64,000 nucleotides of DNA from Patescibacteria group bacterium. Lineage in GTDB: Bacteria; Patescibacteriota; Microgenomatia; UBA1400; PJMF01. The stretch is from the NCBI GenBank assembly GCA_016861205.1, contig BOKX01000001.1, positions 520,539-584,538 on the forward strand. Direction: 5' to 3'. This document shows positions 20,139-30,549 of this stretch, one piece after another. A program made the position numbers and the translations under genes. The notes below the pieces were generated by a model. That model saw nothing but the letters and a program-made list of their open reading frames with translations, had not been told where the DNA came from and searched no databases. How positions within the stretch are numbered: the stretch's first letter is position 1; each line of letters opens with the position of its first letter.

Positions 20139-21431
20139 ATGAAGCTAACTGTGATTGGAACTGGATATGTCGGCGTTGTCTCAGCTGCCGTGTACGCCTC
20201 ATTCGGCCATCAAGTCACTGGTCTTGATGTTGACGCTAAAAAAGTCGCGGCCTTAAAAGAAGGCAAGGTACCTTTTTACGAGCCTCACCTCGAAGAGTTA
20301 TTACTGGAGCAACAAGCGGCTGGCAGATTGCGATTTACCACAGAGTACAACGAAGCCATCCCAGATGCCGAAATTGTGATCATTGCTGTTGGCACTCCAT
20401 CAGCAGCAGACGGTCAAGCTGATCTCAAGTACATCAAAGCAGCCACCGAAAGTTTGGCTCCCCTCGTCAGTGATGGCACCATCGTAGTTATCAAGTCAAC
20501 CGTCCCACCGGGAACGCTGAAAATTGTGGATGATCAGCTCAAATCGTTGGGCAAAACCCGCTACTACACTGCGTCGTTGCCCGAGTTTTTGCGTGAGGGC
20601 AGTGCGGTCAATGATACCCTTCATCCTGACCGAGTGGTGATCGGCGCATCTGATGCTTTTGTATTCGATAAGTTGGAAGAACTACACAAGCCCCTGAATG
20701 CCCCAGTGGTTAAGATCACTCCTGAATCAGCACAAATGGCAAAATACGCGGCCAACAACTACTTAGCTACCCGTATCACTTTTGCCAATCAAATTGCTGA
20801 CCTGTGCGATAAAAATGGCGCTGACGTCCAAGAAGTCATTGCCGCCATCGGTCTCGATCAACGGATTGGCAATCACTACTGGTATCCAGGCTTCGGCTAC
20901 GGCGGCTCATGCTTCCCCAAAGATGTCAAAGAACTGGCCGCCTACTCTAGAGCAGTTGGTGAAGCCAACAATCTGTTTAACAAAGTTAATGAGCTTAACG
21001 AAGGTCGGATTCCTCGTCTACTCGAGCTCTACGGCCAAAAAATCGGTGGCTGGGCTGGCAAAAAAGTTGCCATCCTTGGTCTAAGCTTTAAACCAAATAC
21101 CGATGACATGCGTGAAGCACCCAGCACAAAAGTTGTGCCCGAGCTGATCAAAGCCGGTGCCGAGGTGGTCGGTTTTGACCCTCGAGCTGAGTGGTCAGTT
21201 TTCATGCCAAACACACCACTCAACCAAGTTGAGGATATCAAAACTGCTGTCGCTGAAGCCGACGTTATCATGGCTCTCATCGAGTGGCCAGAGATTCTGA
21301 GTTGTGACTTTGGCGCCCTCAAACTTGAAAAGCAACAGTGGTTTATCGATGCTCGAAATCAGTTTACACCTGATCAAGTAGTCGGCTGGGGTTACGCATA
21401 TATTGGAATTGGTCGACCTAGCAGGGAATAA
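20139..21431 (+). CDS. ugd: UDP-glucose/GDP-mannose 6-dehydrogenase family
   Basis: GTGYVG, AVGTP, KSTVPPGT, PEFLREG, GYGGSCFPKD, FKPNTDDMRE. Confidence 0.93.
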   Translation: MKLTVIGTGYVGVVSAAVYASFGHQVTGLDVDAKKVAALKEGKVPFYEPHLEELLLEQQAAGRLRFTTEYNEAIPDAEIVIIAVGTPSAADGQADLKYIKAATESLAPLVSDGTIVVIKSTVPPGTLKIVDDQLKSLGKTRYYTASLPEFLREGSAVNDTLHPDRVVIGASDAFVFDKLEELHKPLNAPVVKITPESAQMAKYAANNYLATRITFANQIADLCDKNGADVQEVIAAIGLDQRIGNHYWYPGFGYGGSCFPKDVKELAAYSRAVGEANNLFNKVNELNEGRIPRLLELYGQKIGGWAGKKVAILGLSFKPNTDDMREAPSTKVVPELIKAGAEVVGFDPRAEWSVFMPNTPLNQVEDIKTAVAEADVIMALIEWPEILSCDFGALKLEKQQWFIDARNQFTPDQVVGWGYAYIGIGRPSRE

Positions 21432-22390
21432 TGACTGAGCTGCACGAACAACCTATCCTGGTAACTGGCGGAACTGGTTTTGCCGGCTCACATTTGCTCG
21501 AAGCCCTAGCAGAGGCTGGTTACCGAAACCTTCATACCACCAGCTTGCAAGCCAAACGACCAAATTGGGTGTCACCAGATGTTGTTATTCACCAGGTTGA
21601 ATTGACAGATAGTGTGGCCACGGCTGAATTTATTGCCGAACTACAGCCTGTTCATATTTACCATTTGGCTTCGATGGCAGTAGTCGGTCAGAGTTTTGAG
21701 ATTGCCCAAAGTTTGCTCAGTAATAACATCGCCCTTCAGCTCAACGTACTGGAAGCAGTTCGCTCTCATGCTCCAGGGGCTCGGCTTCTGACTATTGGTA
21801 GTGCGGAGGAGTACGGAGCTGTCCGGTTGGGTCCTGACGAGAAAATTAATGAAGGCTACCCGCTCAGCCCAGTAAATCCCTATGCCGTTTCCAAAACAAC
21901 CCAAGACCTCTTAGCCCACGCGTATCACCAAAGTTATCAGCTGCAGATTGTGCGCACTCGACCTTTTAACCACATCGGCGAGCGACAGACTCCGCACTTT
22001 GCCATTTCTAGTTTTGCCAAACAAATTGTCGCTATTGAGCGCGGGCAGCAGTCAGAAATTAAGGTTGGCAACTTACAAGCCGTTCGCGACTTTACCGATG
22101 TCAAAGATATGGTCCGCGCCTACATTACGCTCATGGAACATGGTCGTGTTGGTGAAGTGTACAACATTGGAAGTGGCGTTGGCCGTAGTATTGAAGAACT
22201 CCTTGCTGAACTGTGCCGACAAGCAACAGCACCAATCAAGGTCAGCATCGATCAGAACCTGATTCGCCCTCTTGATGTTCCTCGCTTGGTTGCGGATAAT
22301 GGAAAAATTGCCCAACTTGGATGGTTCCCAACCATCCCCCTGCCTAACACGTTACAACGTATGCTTGAGTATTGGAGAGGCCAATCATGA
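21431..22390 (+). CDS. rmd: GDP-4-keto-6-deoxy-D-mannose reductase-like SDR
   Basis: [34 protein letters not shown]; adjacent to gmd. Confidence 0.78.
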   Translation: MTELHEQPILVTGGTGFAGSHLLEALAEAGYRNLHTTSLQAKRPNWVSPDVVIHQVELTDSVATAEFIAELQPVHIYHLASMAVVGQSFEIAQSLLSNNIALQLNVLEAVRSHAPGARLLTIGSAEEYGAVRLGPDEKINEGYPLSPVNPYAVSKTTQDLLAHAYHQSYQLQIVRTRPFNHIGERQTPHFAISSFAKQIVAIERGQQSEIKVGNLQAVRDFTDVKDMVRAYITLMEHGRVGEVYNIGSGVGRSIEELLAELCRQATAPIKVSIDQNLIRPLDVPRLVADNGKIAQLGWFPTIPLPNTLQRMLEYWRGQS

Positions 22391-23364
22391 AAAAAGCATT
22401 TATTACCGGTATCACAGGTCAAGATGGTTCGTACTTGGCCGAGTTGCTACTCGAAAAAGGTTATCGGGTCTATGGTTTAACTCGCCGCACCAGCACCCAA
22501 AACTTTGCCCGTATCAAACACATTATTCACCATCCACAGTTGGAGCTGGTGTCAGGTGACTTGATTGATCAGCACTCTTTGACAGGTGCCATTCAAGAAA
22601 TCCAACCCGATGAGGTTTACAACTTGGCTGCCCAGTCATTTGTGCAGACCAGTTGGGAACAGCCCATTTTAACCGGTGAGTTCACTGCTATCGGTGTAAC
22701 CAGAATTCTCGAGGCTGTCCGGTTGGTCTGTCCGCACACTAAGTTTTACCAAGCTAGTTCATCAGAGATGTTCGGTAAAGTGCAGCAGGTACCACAAACT
22801 GAGACCACCCCTTTTTACCCTCGTTCACCTTATGGTGTAGCCAAGGTCTACGGTCACTGGATTACTGTTAACTATCGTGAATCCTATGACCTGTTTGCAG
22901 TCTCTGGTATTTTGTTCAATCATGAGTCACCTCGCCGTGGCCTTGAGTTTGTGACTCGTAAAATTGCCAATGGTGTTGCTCGCGTCAAACTCGGCAAACA
23001 ATCTCACATTGAGCTCGGCAACTTGGAAGCCAAACGTGACTGGGGATATGCCAAAGACTACGTTGAAGCCATGTGGCTGATGCTGCAACAAGAGCAACCT
23101 GACGACTATGTGGTCGCTACTGGTGAGACCCACTCGGTTCGCGAATTCTTGCAACTGGCTTGTGAAGCCGCTGGCATCAATGACTGGGAGGCTGTTTACA
23201 AACACAATCCTCGCTACGACCGGCCTGCCGAAGTTGATCTGCTGATTGGTGATCCCACTAAAGCCAAGGAAAAACTCGGTTGGAAACCCAGCGTTACCTT
23301 CCCAGAACTTGTTGATTTAATGATGAAAGCAGAACTCGAGGAAGAAAGCCAAAGTCGAGACTAA
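22387..23364 (+). CDS. gmd: GDP-mannose 4,6-dehydratase
   Basis: [43 protein letters not shown]. Confidence 0.96.
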   Translation: MKKAFITGITGQDGSYLAELLLEKGYRVYGLTRRTSTQNFARIKHIIHHPQLELVSGDLIDQHSLTGAIQEIQPDEVYNLAAQSFVQTSWEQPILTGEFTAIGVTRILEAVRLVCPHTKFYQASSSEMFGKVQQVPQTETTPFYPRSPYGVAKVYGHWITVNYRESYDLFAVSGILFNHESPRRGLEFVTRKIANGVARVKLGKQSHIELGNLEAKRDWGYAKDYVEAMWLMLQQEQPDDYVVATGETHSVREFLQLACEAAGINDWEAVYKHNPRYDRPAEVDLLIGDPTKAKEKLGWKPSVTFPELVDLMMKAELEEESQSRD

Positions 23365-23381
23365 CGGAAGGTCACTGGTGT

Positions 23382-24557
23382 ATGTCACGAGCTGTCGTTA
23401 TCATTCCAACCTACAACGAGCGCGAAAATATTCGCACCACAATTGAAGCGGTCATGAAGCAAGCCGATCTGGTTGGCGAGTGGCAACTTCATGTATTGGT
23501 GGTCGACGACACTTCACCTGATGGCACCGCCGCAGAAGTCGAGCAAATTCAAAAACGTGAGAAGCGCGTGCATCTTTTGATTAACCCAACGAAAGCCGGT
23601 CTTGGAGCTGCCTACCTCAAAGGGATGGAGTATGCGTTTGGTCTGTTGAAGGCAGATGTCATTTTTGAGTTTGATGCTGACCTGTCACATGACCCTACCA
23701 AAATCCCCGCTCTACTCAAAAAAATAGACGCCGGCTATGACATGGCTCTCGGGTCACGCTACATTAAAGGTGGTGGAATTCCCCAAGACTGGGGTTTACA
23801 CCGCAAGTTCCTCAGCGTGGTCGGCAACATCGTGATCATGGTAGTTTTCACTGATTTTCGGATCCGCGACTGGACGAGCGGCTATCGGGCTATTACTAAA
23901 CGGGTTTACGATGCAGTCCACAAAGAATTAACAGGGGAACGTTTTACCGGCTACACTTTCCAAATTGGTTTCTTGTACCAGACGGTGCGCAAAGGCTTCA
24001 ACGTGGCAGAAGTCCCATTTGTGTTTGTTGATCGAGTGCACGGACACTCCAAACTAGGACCTGAATACATTAAGAATAATTTGTTGTATATTTTTAAGAT
24101 GCGTTATCTCGAAATCATCAACAACCGTATTTTCAAGTTTGCCGCAGTAGGTGGCACCGGGGCCATGGTTCAGCTGGTCTCACTGTATTTATGGCGACTG
24201 TTTTTACCGTATCAGGTCGCCTTTTTTGCTTCAATTGAGAGTGCCGTCGTTTCCAACTTTATCTTGAACAATGTCTGGACTTTCTCTGATCGCAAGTTGG
24301 ATCGCAAAAGTCTACCCAGTAAGTTCATTCAGTTTAACTTAGCCTCTTCTGGCTCAATCTTGATTCAGCAAGCTATTGCGTTGGTGGGCGAGTTTGTGAT
24401 CGGGCTGCATCCACTCTTCACGCTGCCCTTTACTTCGATCTTGATCGACACTGGTCACCTCTATGCCGTGGTTGGTATTCTAGTCGGCATGTTCTGGAAC
24501 TTTTTTGCCTACACCAAGTTTATTTGGAAAGCTGGGAAACCCACCAGCCGAAAGTAA
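23382..24557 (+). CDS. Polyprenol-phosphate mannose synthase-like GT2 fused to a GtrA domain
   Basis: IIPTYNE, DDTSPDGT, DADLSHDP, GSRY, D.TSGYR; C-terminal KFAAVG..NF..N..WTF GtrA pattern. Confidence 0.9.
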   Translation: MSRAVVIIPTYNERENIRTTIEAVMKQADLVGEWQLHVLVVDDTSPDGTAAEVEQIQKREKRVHLLINPTKAGLGAAYLKGMEYAFGLLKADVIFEFDADLSHDPTKIPALLKKIDAGYDMALGSRYIKGGGIPQDWGLHRKFLSVVGNIVIMVVFTDFRIRDWTSGYRAITKRVYDAVHKELTGERFTGYTFQIGFLYQTVRKGFNVAEVPFVFVDRVHGHSKLGPEYIKNNLLYIFKMRYLEIINNRIFKFAAVGGTGAMVQLVSLYLWRLFLPYQVAFFASIESAVVSNFILNNVWTFSDRKLDRKSLPSKFIQFNLASSGSILIQQAIALVGEFVIGLHPLFTLPFTSILIDTGHLYAVVGILVGMFWNFFAYTKFIWKAGKPTSRK

Positions 24558-24590
24558 CACCTGTCTCAAGACAGGTTAAAAACAAACTGT

Positions 24591-26159
24591 ATGCGCTGGA
24601 AACTACCTCGCACTTTTTCTTGGCTGACTATCGCACTGGGGGTGATTCTGCTCGTGGCTAGTTTTGTGCGGCTGTACAACCTGGGTGGAAGTTTGCTCTT
24701 CCAAGGTGACCAAGGTCGCGATGCCATGATTGTGGCTCGGATCTTCAAAGAAGCTGATCTGGTGTTTATTGGACCAGTTACCAGTGTTGGTAACATGTAT
24801 CTTGGTCCTTTGTACTACTACTTCATGCTACCCTGGCTGTGGTTAAGCTATCCCAGCCCACTGGGACCAGCTTATGGAGTGGCCATTTTAGGGATTGTGA
24901 CTGTCTGGCTCATGTATCGGCTTGGCCGAGAGCTCATCGGAGTCAAAGCTAGCTTGATTGCCACTAGTTTATTTGCTGTTTCGGCTGTGGTCGTTCAGTA
25001 CAGTCGGTTCAGTTGGAATCCTAACCCCGCCCCCTTCGTTTCAATCATTATGATGTGGGCCACCTATCGTGCCTGGCAAAAGTCAGGTTGGTACTGGATC
25101 ATTGTAGCCACCTGTTTAGCTGGCTTGATGCAGTTGCATTACTTGGCACTTTTATCTGGTGGTGGCGCTGGGCTGATCTGGCTCTGGCAGCAATTCACTC
25201 TTTTCAAAGAAAAGAACTGGTCTCAACTTCGCACCGCTTGGTTAGGGACCTTGCTCGGAGGACTAGTAGTACTACTGTCTTTAACACCACTTATGCTGTT
25301 TGACTCTAGACATAACTGGTTGAACGTCAAGGCATTCCAAAAACTGTTTACGGAAGAACAAAGTTTCAAAGTCACGAACACACAACCTTGGACAGCTCGA
25401 GTAGCTGACACTGTCAAAGAAATGCACGGCCGATCACTACACATTTTTTGGGAGGTCCCGCTCGGCCAGTCTCGGGAACGGAACACCATTCTCCTGATTG
25501 CAAGTTTACTGATTTGGGCTAGGGTGATGACTAATCTCAAACTGGGACCTACTTCAAAATCGAAAACTGTTAGCTCGACTGCTCCCACCTTGGCTGGATT
25601 AATTGTGATCAGCAGCTTCGCCCTAACAGGCGTGTTGGGAACAGCCGTCTACGACCACACTGTTTTTGACCACTACATCGCGTATCTGTTCCCTGTCACT
25701 TTTTGGGTGTATGGTGTGGCGCTCGGCTGGCTCTGGTCAAAACCAGTTGGCAAGGTAGCAACCATCGCTTTTGTGGCTTACTTCCTCAGCTACAACTTGC
25801 CTCGGTTACCTCTGCGCTCGAATGGCTGGACTATTTATGACATGGAACGTGTCAGTCAAAACGTTCTCAAGGTAGTAAAACCAGGCGAGTCGTACGGTAT
25901 CGTGTTGTTGTCTGAGTCCAAAGACCTCTATGGACAAAACTATCGCTACTTCCTCTCAACGAGTGACCATCCGGCACTCAGTCCAGAACAAGTAAACACG
26001 GCCGATGCCTTAGTTATCATTAATGAGGAAAAGGCAGTCACGGATCCAGAAGCTATTCGATCGCTGCCGATCTGGGAAATAACTACCTTCCCAGCCACCG
26101 GTTCACCTCTGGTATACTGGAACGGCTCAGAACCCGACTTGCTAGTATTGAGAAGATAA
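24591..26159 (+). CDS. GT-C (ArnT/PMT-like) glycosyltransferase
   Basis: FQGDQGRD, GPVTSVG, GPLYYY, SRFSWNPN. Confidence 0.82.
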   Translation: MRWKLPRTFSWLTIALGVILLVASFVRLYNLGGSLLFQGDQGRDAMIVARIFKEADLVFIGPVTSVGNMYLGPLYYYFMLPWLWLSYPSPLGPAYGVAILGIVTVWLMYRLGRELIGVKASLIATSLFAVSAVVVQYSRFSWNPNPAPFVSIIMMWATYRAWQKSGWYWIIVATCLAGLMQLHYLALLSGGGAGLIWLWQQFTLFKEKNWSQLRTAWLGTLLGGLVVLLSLTPLMLFDSRHNWLNVKAFQKLFTEEQSFKVTNTQPWTARVADTVKEMHGRSLHIFWEVPLGQSRERNTILLIASLLIWARVMTNLKLGPTSKSKTVSSTAPTLAGLIVISSFALTGVLGTAVYDHTVFDHYIAYLFPVTFWVYGVALGWLWSKPVGKVATIAFVAYFLSYNLPRLPLRSNGWTIYDMERVSQNVLKVVKPGESYGIVLLSESKDLYGQNYRYFLSTSDHPALSPEQVNTADALVIINEEKAVTDPEAIRSLPIWEITTFPATGSPLVYWNGSEPDLLVLRR

Positions 26160-26161
26160 CT

Positions 26162-26947
26162 ATGGCCATGAACTCAAAACCCTTTCTCTCCGTCATCATT
26201 CCCTCCTACAACGAACAAAAAAACCTCGGCCGCGGCGTGCTTGATGAGGTAGTGACGTACCTCAAAACACAGTCGTATCCTTGGGAAGTCATTCTGAGTG
26301 ATGATGGCTCGAGTGATGGTACCGCCGATTTGCTTGATGATTTTGCCAAAAAACACGGTTCAAGCGTCAAAGTACTGCACAATATTCATGCAGGCAAAGG
26401 GCCCACTGTCCAGTCAGGTATGCTCCAAGCTACTGGCGAATGGCGACTGTTCACCGACTTTGACCAATCGACGCCTCTGGCTGAAGTCGAAAAATTGTTG
26501 AGTTGGGCTGAACAAGGTTATGAAATTGTCATCGGTTCTCGAGAGATCAAAGGTGCTCACCGCGATGAAGAACCCTGGTACCGCCACTTGATGGGCAAAG
26601 GCTTCAATCTGCTAGTTCAAACGCTGGCAGTCCCAGGCATCATGGACACCCAGTGTGGCTTTAAACTTTTCTCGGCGCAAGCCGCTGAACAGTTGTTTGG
26701 CGATCTGCACATCTACGGCCGACAAGAAGAGCGCCACGACGCGTTCACCGGCGCTTTTGACGTGGAAATTTTGTTCCTGGCTCGAAAACGTGGTCTTCGC
26801 ATCAAAGAAGTCCCTATCACTTGGAGTCACCACGAAACAGATCGGGTCAGTCCTGTTAAGGATTCCGCTCGAATGCTTCGCGATATTTTGATGGTCAGAT
26901 TGGCTGACCTCCAAGGCAAGTATGCCCACCGCAATCACAGCTCCTAA
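26162..26947 (+). CDS. Dolichyl/polyprenyl-phosphate beta-glucosyltransferase-like GT2 (Alg5-like)
   Basis: LSVIIPSYNE, DDGSSD, GKG, FTDFDQSTP, DTQCGFKLF, FDVE. Confidence 0.88.
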   Translation: MAMNSKPFLSVIIPSYNEQKNLGRGVLDEVVTYLKTQSYPWEVILSDDGSSDGTADLLDDFAKKHGSSVKVLHNIHAGKGPTVQSGMLQATGEWRLFTDFDQSTPLAEVEKLLSWAEQGYEIVIGSREIKGAHRDEEPWYRHLMGKGFNLLVQTLAVPGIMDTQCGFKLFSAQAAEQLFGDLHIYGRQEERHDAFTGAFDVEILFLARKRGLRIKEVPITWSHHETDRVSPVKDSARMLRDILMVRLADLQGKYAHRNHSS

Positions 26948-28238
26948 ATCTGGTTGGTGGTGGCTAGCCTGGTTCAGCTGGGGTTTAGGCTGGGCAGTTT
27001 ACATCTGGTTTTCCTACAGTTTGACCGCTCCTAATCTGGTCCTAAGTGGCTCAGCGCCTTTCTGGAAGTTCCAAACCTGGATGTGGAAAACATTTTTTAA
27101 CAACCGGGAACTCCTCGGCAACGTCTATCTGGCGATCATCACCTGGCAAGTAGCGAATTACCTCGGACTACTGTTTTTAACTATCAAAAAACGGCTGCCG
27201 GTACCTTGGTTGATGTGGTTGGGAGGACTGATAGCACTGTTGTTGGCGAATAATGCCCTGTCGTATGACGTTTTTAACTACATTTTTAATGCCAAAATGG
27301 TGGCTGTGTACCAGGTAAATCCCCATGTTCGAGTAGCACTCGACTTTGCCGATGATCCTTGGACTAGGTTCATGCACAACACCCACACCACTGCTCCCTA
27401 CGGCTATGGCTGGACGGCGTTATCCCTGGTGCCATTTTGGCTCGGTTTGGAACGGTTCACCCTAACCTGGCTACTATTCCGAGCTTGGAGTTTGCTGAGC
27501 ATCGGACTAACCTGGCTCAGTCTTGAGTGGTGCATTCGACTACTACGGTCAAAACGAGGTGGCAAGTCACTGGCGGACGCCTGGCAACGCTATCGCCTGG
27601 TGTTGTGGCTCAGTCCCTTATTACTCATCGAGATCATCACCAACAGCCACAACGACTTGTGGATGATGGCGCCGGCACTTGCCAGTTTGGGACTGGCGGC
27701 GGCTAGACCAGCCAAAAAGTGGTGGTGGATGGTGCTACTCAGTTTCGTGCTGCTCGTCGCCTCAGCCAGCATTAAGTACGCTTCACTTGTACTACTACCT
27801 CTGTGGCTAGCCTTGTGGACACAGGAATTGTGGAAACGGTGGCCGCTACTGTCTGGCTGGAGTCGATTGCTGGACTGGAGCTGGCCATGGTTGGCTTCGC
27901 TAGCTTTCTTTGCGCCGCTGCTTACCACTCGCTCACAGCAATTTCACCCCTGGTACTTAACTTGGGTACTGGTCTGGTGGCCATTGAGCTGGAGTCTAGC
28001 TGTTAGTCATCGCGACAGAATCAAGGGCTGGTGGCTGTGGCTACTACAAACGTGGTGGTTCATCGTCTTGTGCTTGTCGATCACCTCGCTGCTGCGATAT
28101 GCACCATACTTTTATGCCGGCGAGTTTAAACTGGGCGTATTGCTACATCAAAAACAAATCACTTGGTCTGGAGTTGGCCTAGGCCTTGGGTTGAGCCTGC
28201 TTACGAGGTGGTCGCCGCTCAAGCGTCAGGTCTCCTGA
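26922..28238 (+). CDS. GT-C glycosyltransferase (MptA/B-like, GT87-related)
   Basis: LSYDVFNY, NP, PYG, SHND, IKY, HPWY. Confidence 0.75.
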   Translation: MPTAITAPKSGWWWLAWFSWGLGWAVYIWFSYSLTAPNLVLSGSAPFWKFQTWMWKTFFNNRELLGNVYLAIITWQVANYLGLLFLTIKKRLPVPWLMWLGGLIALLLANNALSYDVFNYIFNAKMVAVYQVNPHVRVALDFADDPWTRFMHNTHTTAPYGYGWTALSLVPFWLGLERFTLTWLLFRAWSLLSIGLTWLSLEWCIRLLRSKRGGKSLADAWQRYRLVLWLSPLLLIEIITNSHNDLWMMAPALASLGLAAARPAKKWWWMVLLSFVLLVASASIKYASLVLLPLWLALWTQELWKRWPLLSGWSRLLDWSWPWLASLAFFAPLLTTRSQQFHPWYLTWVLVWWPLSWSLAVSHRDRIKGWWLWLLQTWWFIVLCLSITSLLRYAPYFYAGEFKLGVLLHQKQITWSGVGLGLGLSLLTRWSPLKRQVS

Positions 28239-28313
28239 AATCCAGGCTGCTAAGAATATCGCACCCATTGGACCTACCATGACTAGCATAGTAAAGAGAA
28301 GATCATTCCACAT
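28179..28313 (-). CDS. Small single-TM hypothetical protein (44 aa)
   Basis: MWNDLLFTMLVMVGPMGAIFLAAWISG...; TAATG coupling to the upstream ORF and AAGGAG upstream. Confidence 0.5.
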   Translation of the reverse strand: MWNDLLFTMLVMVGPMGAIFLAAWISGDLTLERRPPRKQAQPKA

Positions 28314-28525
28314 TAGTGAGGCTCCTTTCGGCTGCCCAAGTTTAGCATTATGAGCCAGATAAAACAATAAAAGGCCAGGCCCGGAAACACAATGTAGACT
28401 CGATGCTGCCCGATGAGTTCATTAACAACCAAGGCAGCTAACAATATATTCAAGGCGTCCATACCTTTATCTGTGACGAGCAGATATCTTTGATGTGGCA
28501 AAACCAATGATTTGGGCATCTTCAT
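28313..28525 (-). CDS. Small two-TM hypothetical protein
   Basis: 70 aa with two hydrophobic segments; coupled to the next ORF. Confidence 0.55.
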   Translation of the reverse strand: MKMPKSLVLPHQRYLLVTDKGMDALNILLAALVVNELIGQHRVYIVFPGLAFYCFIWLIMLNLGSRKEPH

Positions 28526-28609
28526 ACTTGTAGTAGATCACATATGCCTTGCCTGAAGCTTTACTCTCCCCAGTCACCAGTGAGTTCCGCAAAATATACC
28601 CTATAACTA

Positions 28610-28638
28610 TTGACTTTCGGCTGTATTTTTCATATAAT
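28610..28638 (+). promoter_or_regulatory. sigma70-type promoter
   Basis: TTGACT-17 nt-TATAAT. Confidence 0.8.
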
Positions 28639-28732
28639 CCCCCTCTATTGATCTAGAAATAGGTCTTTGTGTATCAAATTACCTCTGCCGTGACGGGCGA
28701 AAAGCCTAATCGCCGGCAGAAAGGAGCCGCAC

Positions 28733-29092
28733 ATGAGTCTAGTTAAACTCACCCTGGCCACTACCCTGGCCGCCGCTCTGACGCTGGCGATGAGTTCTAC
28801 TGCTTTGGCTGACACTGTCAAACAAGAGCAAGAACTTAACACCAAGTCAGAGGTCAAAGTGACCTGCACCACCGGTGCTTATGGTCAAAGTAACACCTGT
28901 ACCGCTGAAGCTGACGCTGAGGCCAACGGTAAACAGTCACAAGAAATTGTGTACCGCACCAATGGTCGAGCCATCGTCGCTCACAAACCAGTCGATACTG
29001 GCGCTGACGTAGCTACCACTGCTGCCGTTTCTGGCACTGTGTTAGCTGGCGCTGCTGCCGCTGTAGTCCAGATTAAATCTCGCTTACAATAA
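28733..29092 (+). CDS. Small exported protein with an LPXTG-like C-terminal sorting signal
   Basis: Signal peptide (ALA-D), Cys pair, KPVDTG + hydrophobic helix + KSR tail; AAGGAG SD. Confidence 0.8.
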   Translation: MSLVKLTLATTLAAALTLAMSSTALADTVKQEQELNTKSEVKVTCTTGAYGQSNTCTAEADAEANGKQSQEIVYRTNGRAIVAHKPVDTGADVATTAAVSGTVLAGAAAAVVQIKSRLQ

Positions 29093-29115
29093 GCAGTTGC
29101 TGTAACAAGCATTTG

Positions 29116-29150
29116 AACCGCCAGGCCTAGTACGTCTGGCGGTTTTTGTT
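29116..29150 (+). terminator. Intrinsic terminator
   Basis: AACCGCCAGGC/GTCTGGCGGTT hairpin followed by a T-run. Confidence 0.8.
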
Positions 29151-29200
29151 CCAGCCTCATGTTCCAGGCTGGAGCGTGAGACTGGTCCAAGTTCCTGCCT

Positions 29201-30469
29201 ATGTCCAATTCTGAATCACTGTCCACCCATCTTATCGATCCAAACATGATCGGTGTTGTGCGTCGGGCTGAGCTCCATCATCCAGCAGATAAAACCGATG
29301 CTCGCCACTTAGGTCGATACTACAGACCCGGGCATAAAAACAATCCATTTCCCGATAGCCATACGATCGAGGTCGAGCACAAAGTCACCGACAGAGAGTA
29401 CTGGGTGGACTTTACGCATCAAGCTATTGCCGAACTTCACGCCGGTAACTACTCCAAGAAAGATCGTGTTTTAGTGGCCCGCTACACAAACAAGCTGCTG
29501 CAACTCTTAGATGAAATGGTACAAGATCCAAACTTCGGCAGCGAAGCTGTCTTGGTTGTTCGCCACCATGAAAACACCCACGTTTTGCAAGAGGTGAAGT
29601 GGCAGATTTCTACTTTGATTCAACACGATTTACCTAATCTTCAGTATGCTACCCGCACCATGCCAAGTAGCCGGCGAGAGCTCTGGTTTTGGCGATTGCT
29701 GTTGAGCGCTGAGATGGAGGTCCAGGCATTTGCTGAGCAAGGTCGCCACCTCAACACTCCCACAGCCAAACTGATGCTCTGGCTGACGCTGCGACGCGCA
29801 GTCGGGTTACTCCAGCTTCACCAGCCAGGCCAGGCGGATCCCTTAACCCTCCTGCGTCAGGATGCGTTTTCCGAAACAACCACAGATGATCAGCTCGCCT
29901 ATCGGCTGGCCGCCATGAAGTTGCTACTACCCGATAGTGACACAATTGTTAACCTCGTCACACTCGAGCCAGCTCAAACCAGAGTTGTTTTAGCCCAAGC
30001 TCTTCAAACATGGTTAGATCGACCTGAAGAGGCTTTGCGGTCCGTCCATCATTCGACTTTTGCCCAACAACAAAATGATCATCTAGCTGAGTTATGTCAG
30101 CAGGCTCGGACACGTTTAACTGAACTATGGCAAAGTACCGGGTGTTTATCTTTTAACGCATTTTTGGCGTTACCACCTGAGAAACAAGTCAGTAATTTGC
30201 TGCCTGAATCAATCGCCTTTAGTGTGGCGATACTCAAGGTTTTGTATGCACTGAGCACCCATAAAGCCACCACCAGAGAACAACTGCTCCAGGACACTAG
30301 CTTGAATGAGCGTGCACTGAGCCAGACATTAGCCGAGCTCATCGCCTCTGGCTACGTTATCCAGCGCGAAGCTGCTGATCAGCCAACTATCTACTCTGTC
30401 AAACAGTTCATCAAAGATCTGATTCTGGGCCCGGTCGACCGGGAGTGGCAGCGACGAGACCAGGGTTAG
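29201..30469 (+). CDS. Hypothetical protein with a C-terminal winged helix-turn-helix
   Basis: C-terminus ILKVLYAL..TREQLLQDTSLNERALSQTLAELIASGYV..IYSV fits a MarR/TrmB-type wHTH pattern. Confidence 0.65.
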   Translation: MSNSESLSTHLIDPNMIGVVRRAELHHPADKTDARHLGRYYRPGHKNNPFPDSHTIEVEHKVTDREYWVDFTHQAIAELHAGNYSKKDRVLVARYTNKLLQLLDEMVQDPNFGSEAVLVVRHHENTHVLQEVKWQISTLIQHDLPNLQYATRTMPSSRRELWFWRLLLSAEMEVQAFAEQGRHLNTPTAKLMLWLTLRRAVGLLQLHQPGQADPLTLLRQDAFSETTTDDQLAYRLAAMKLLLPDSDTIVNLVTLEPAQTRVVLAQALQTWLDRPEEALRSVHHSTFAQQQNDHLAELCQQARTRLTELWQSTGCLSFNAFLALPPEKQVSNLLPESIAFSVAILKVLYALSTHKATTREQLLQDTSLNERALSQTLAELIASGYVIQREAADQPTIYSVKQFIKDLILGPVDREWQRRDQG

Positions 30470-30521
30470 GCTGCTGTCGCAGGCAACGAGCTAGAAATAC
30501 AAAACCAGCTGTGTTACCACT

Positions 30522-30549
30522 AAAAAACCGCCCTAAATGGCGGTTTTTT
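30522..30549. terminator. Bidirectional intrinsic terminator
   Basis: AAAAAACCGCC-CTAAAT-GGCGGTTTTTT. Confidence 0.9.
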
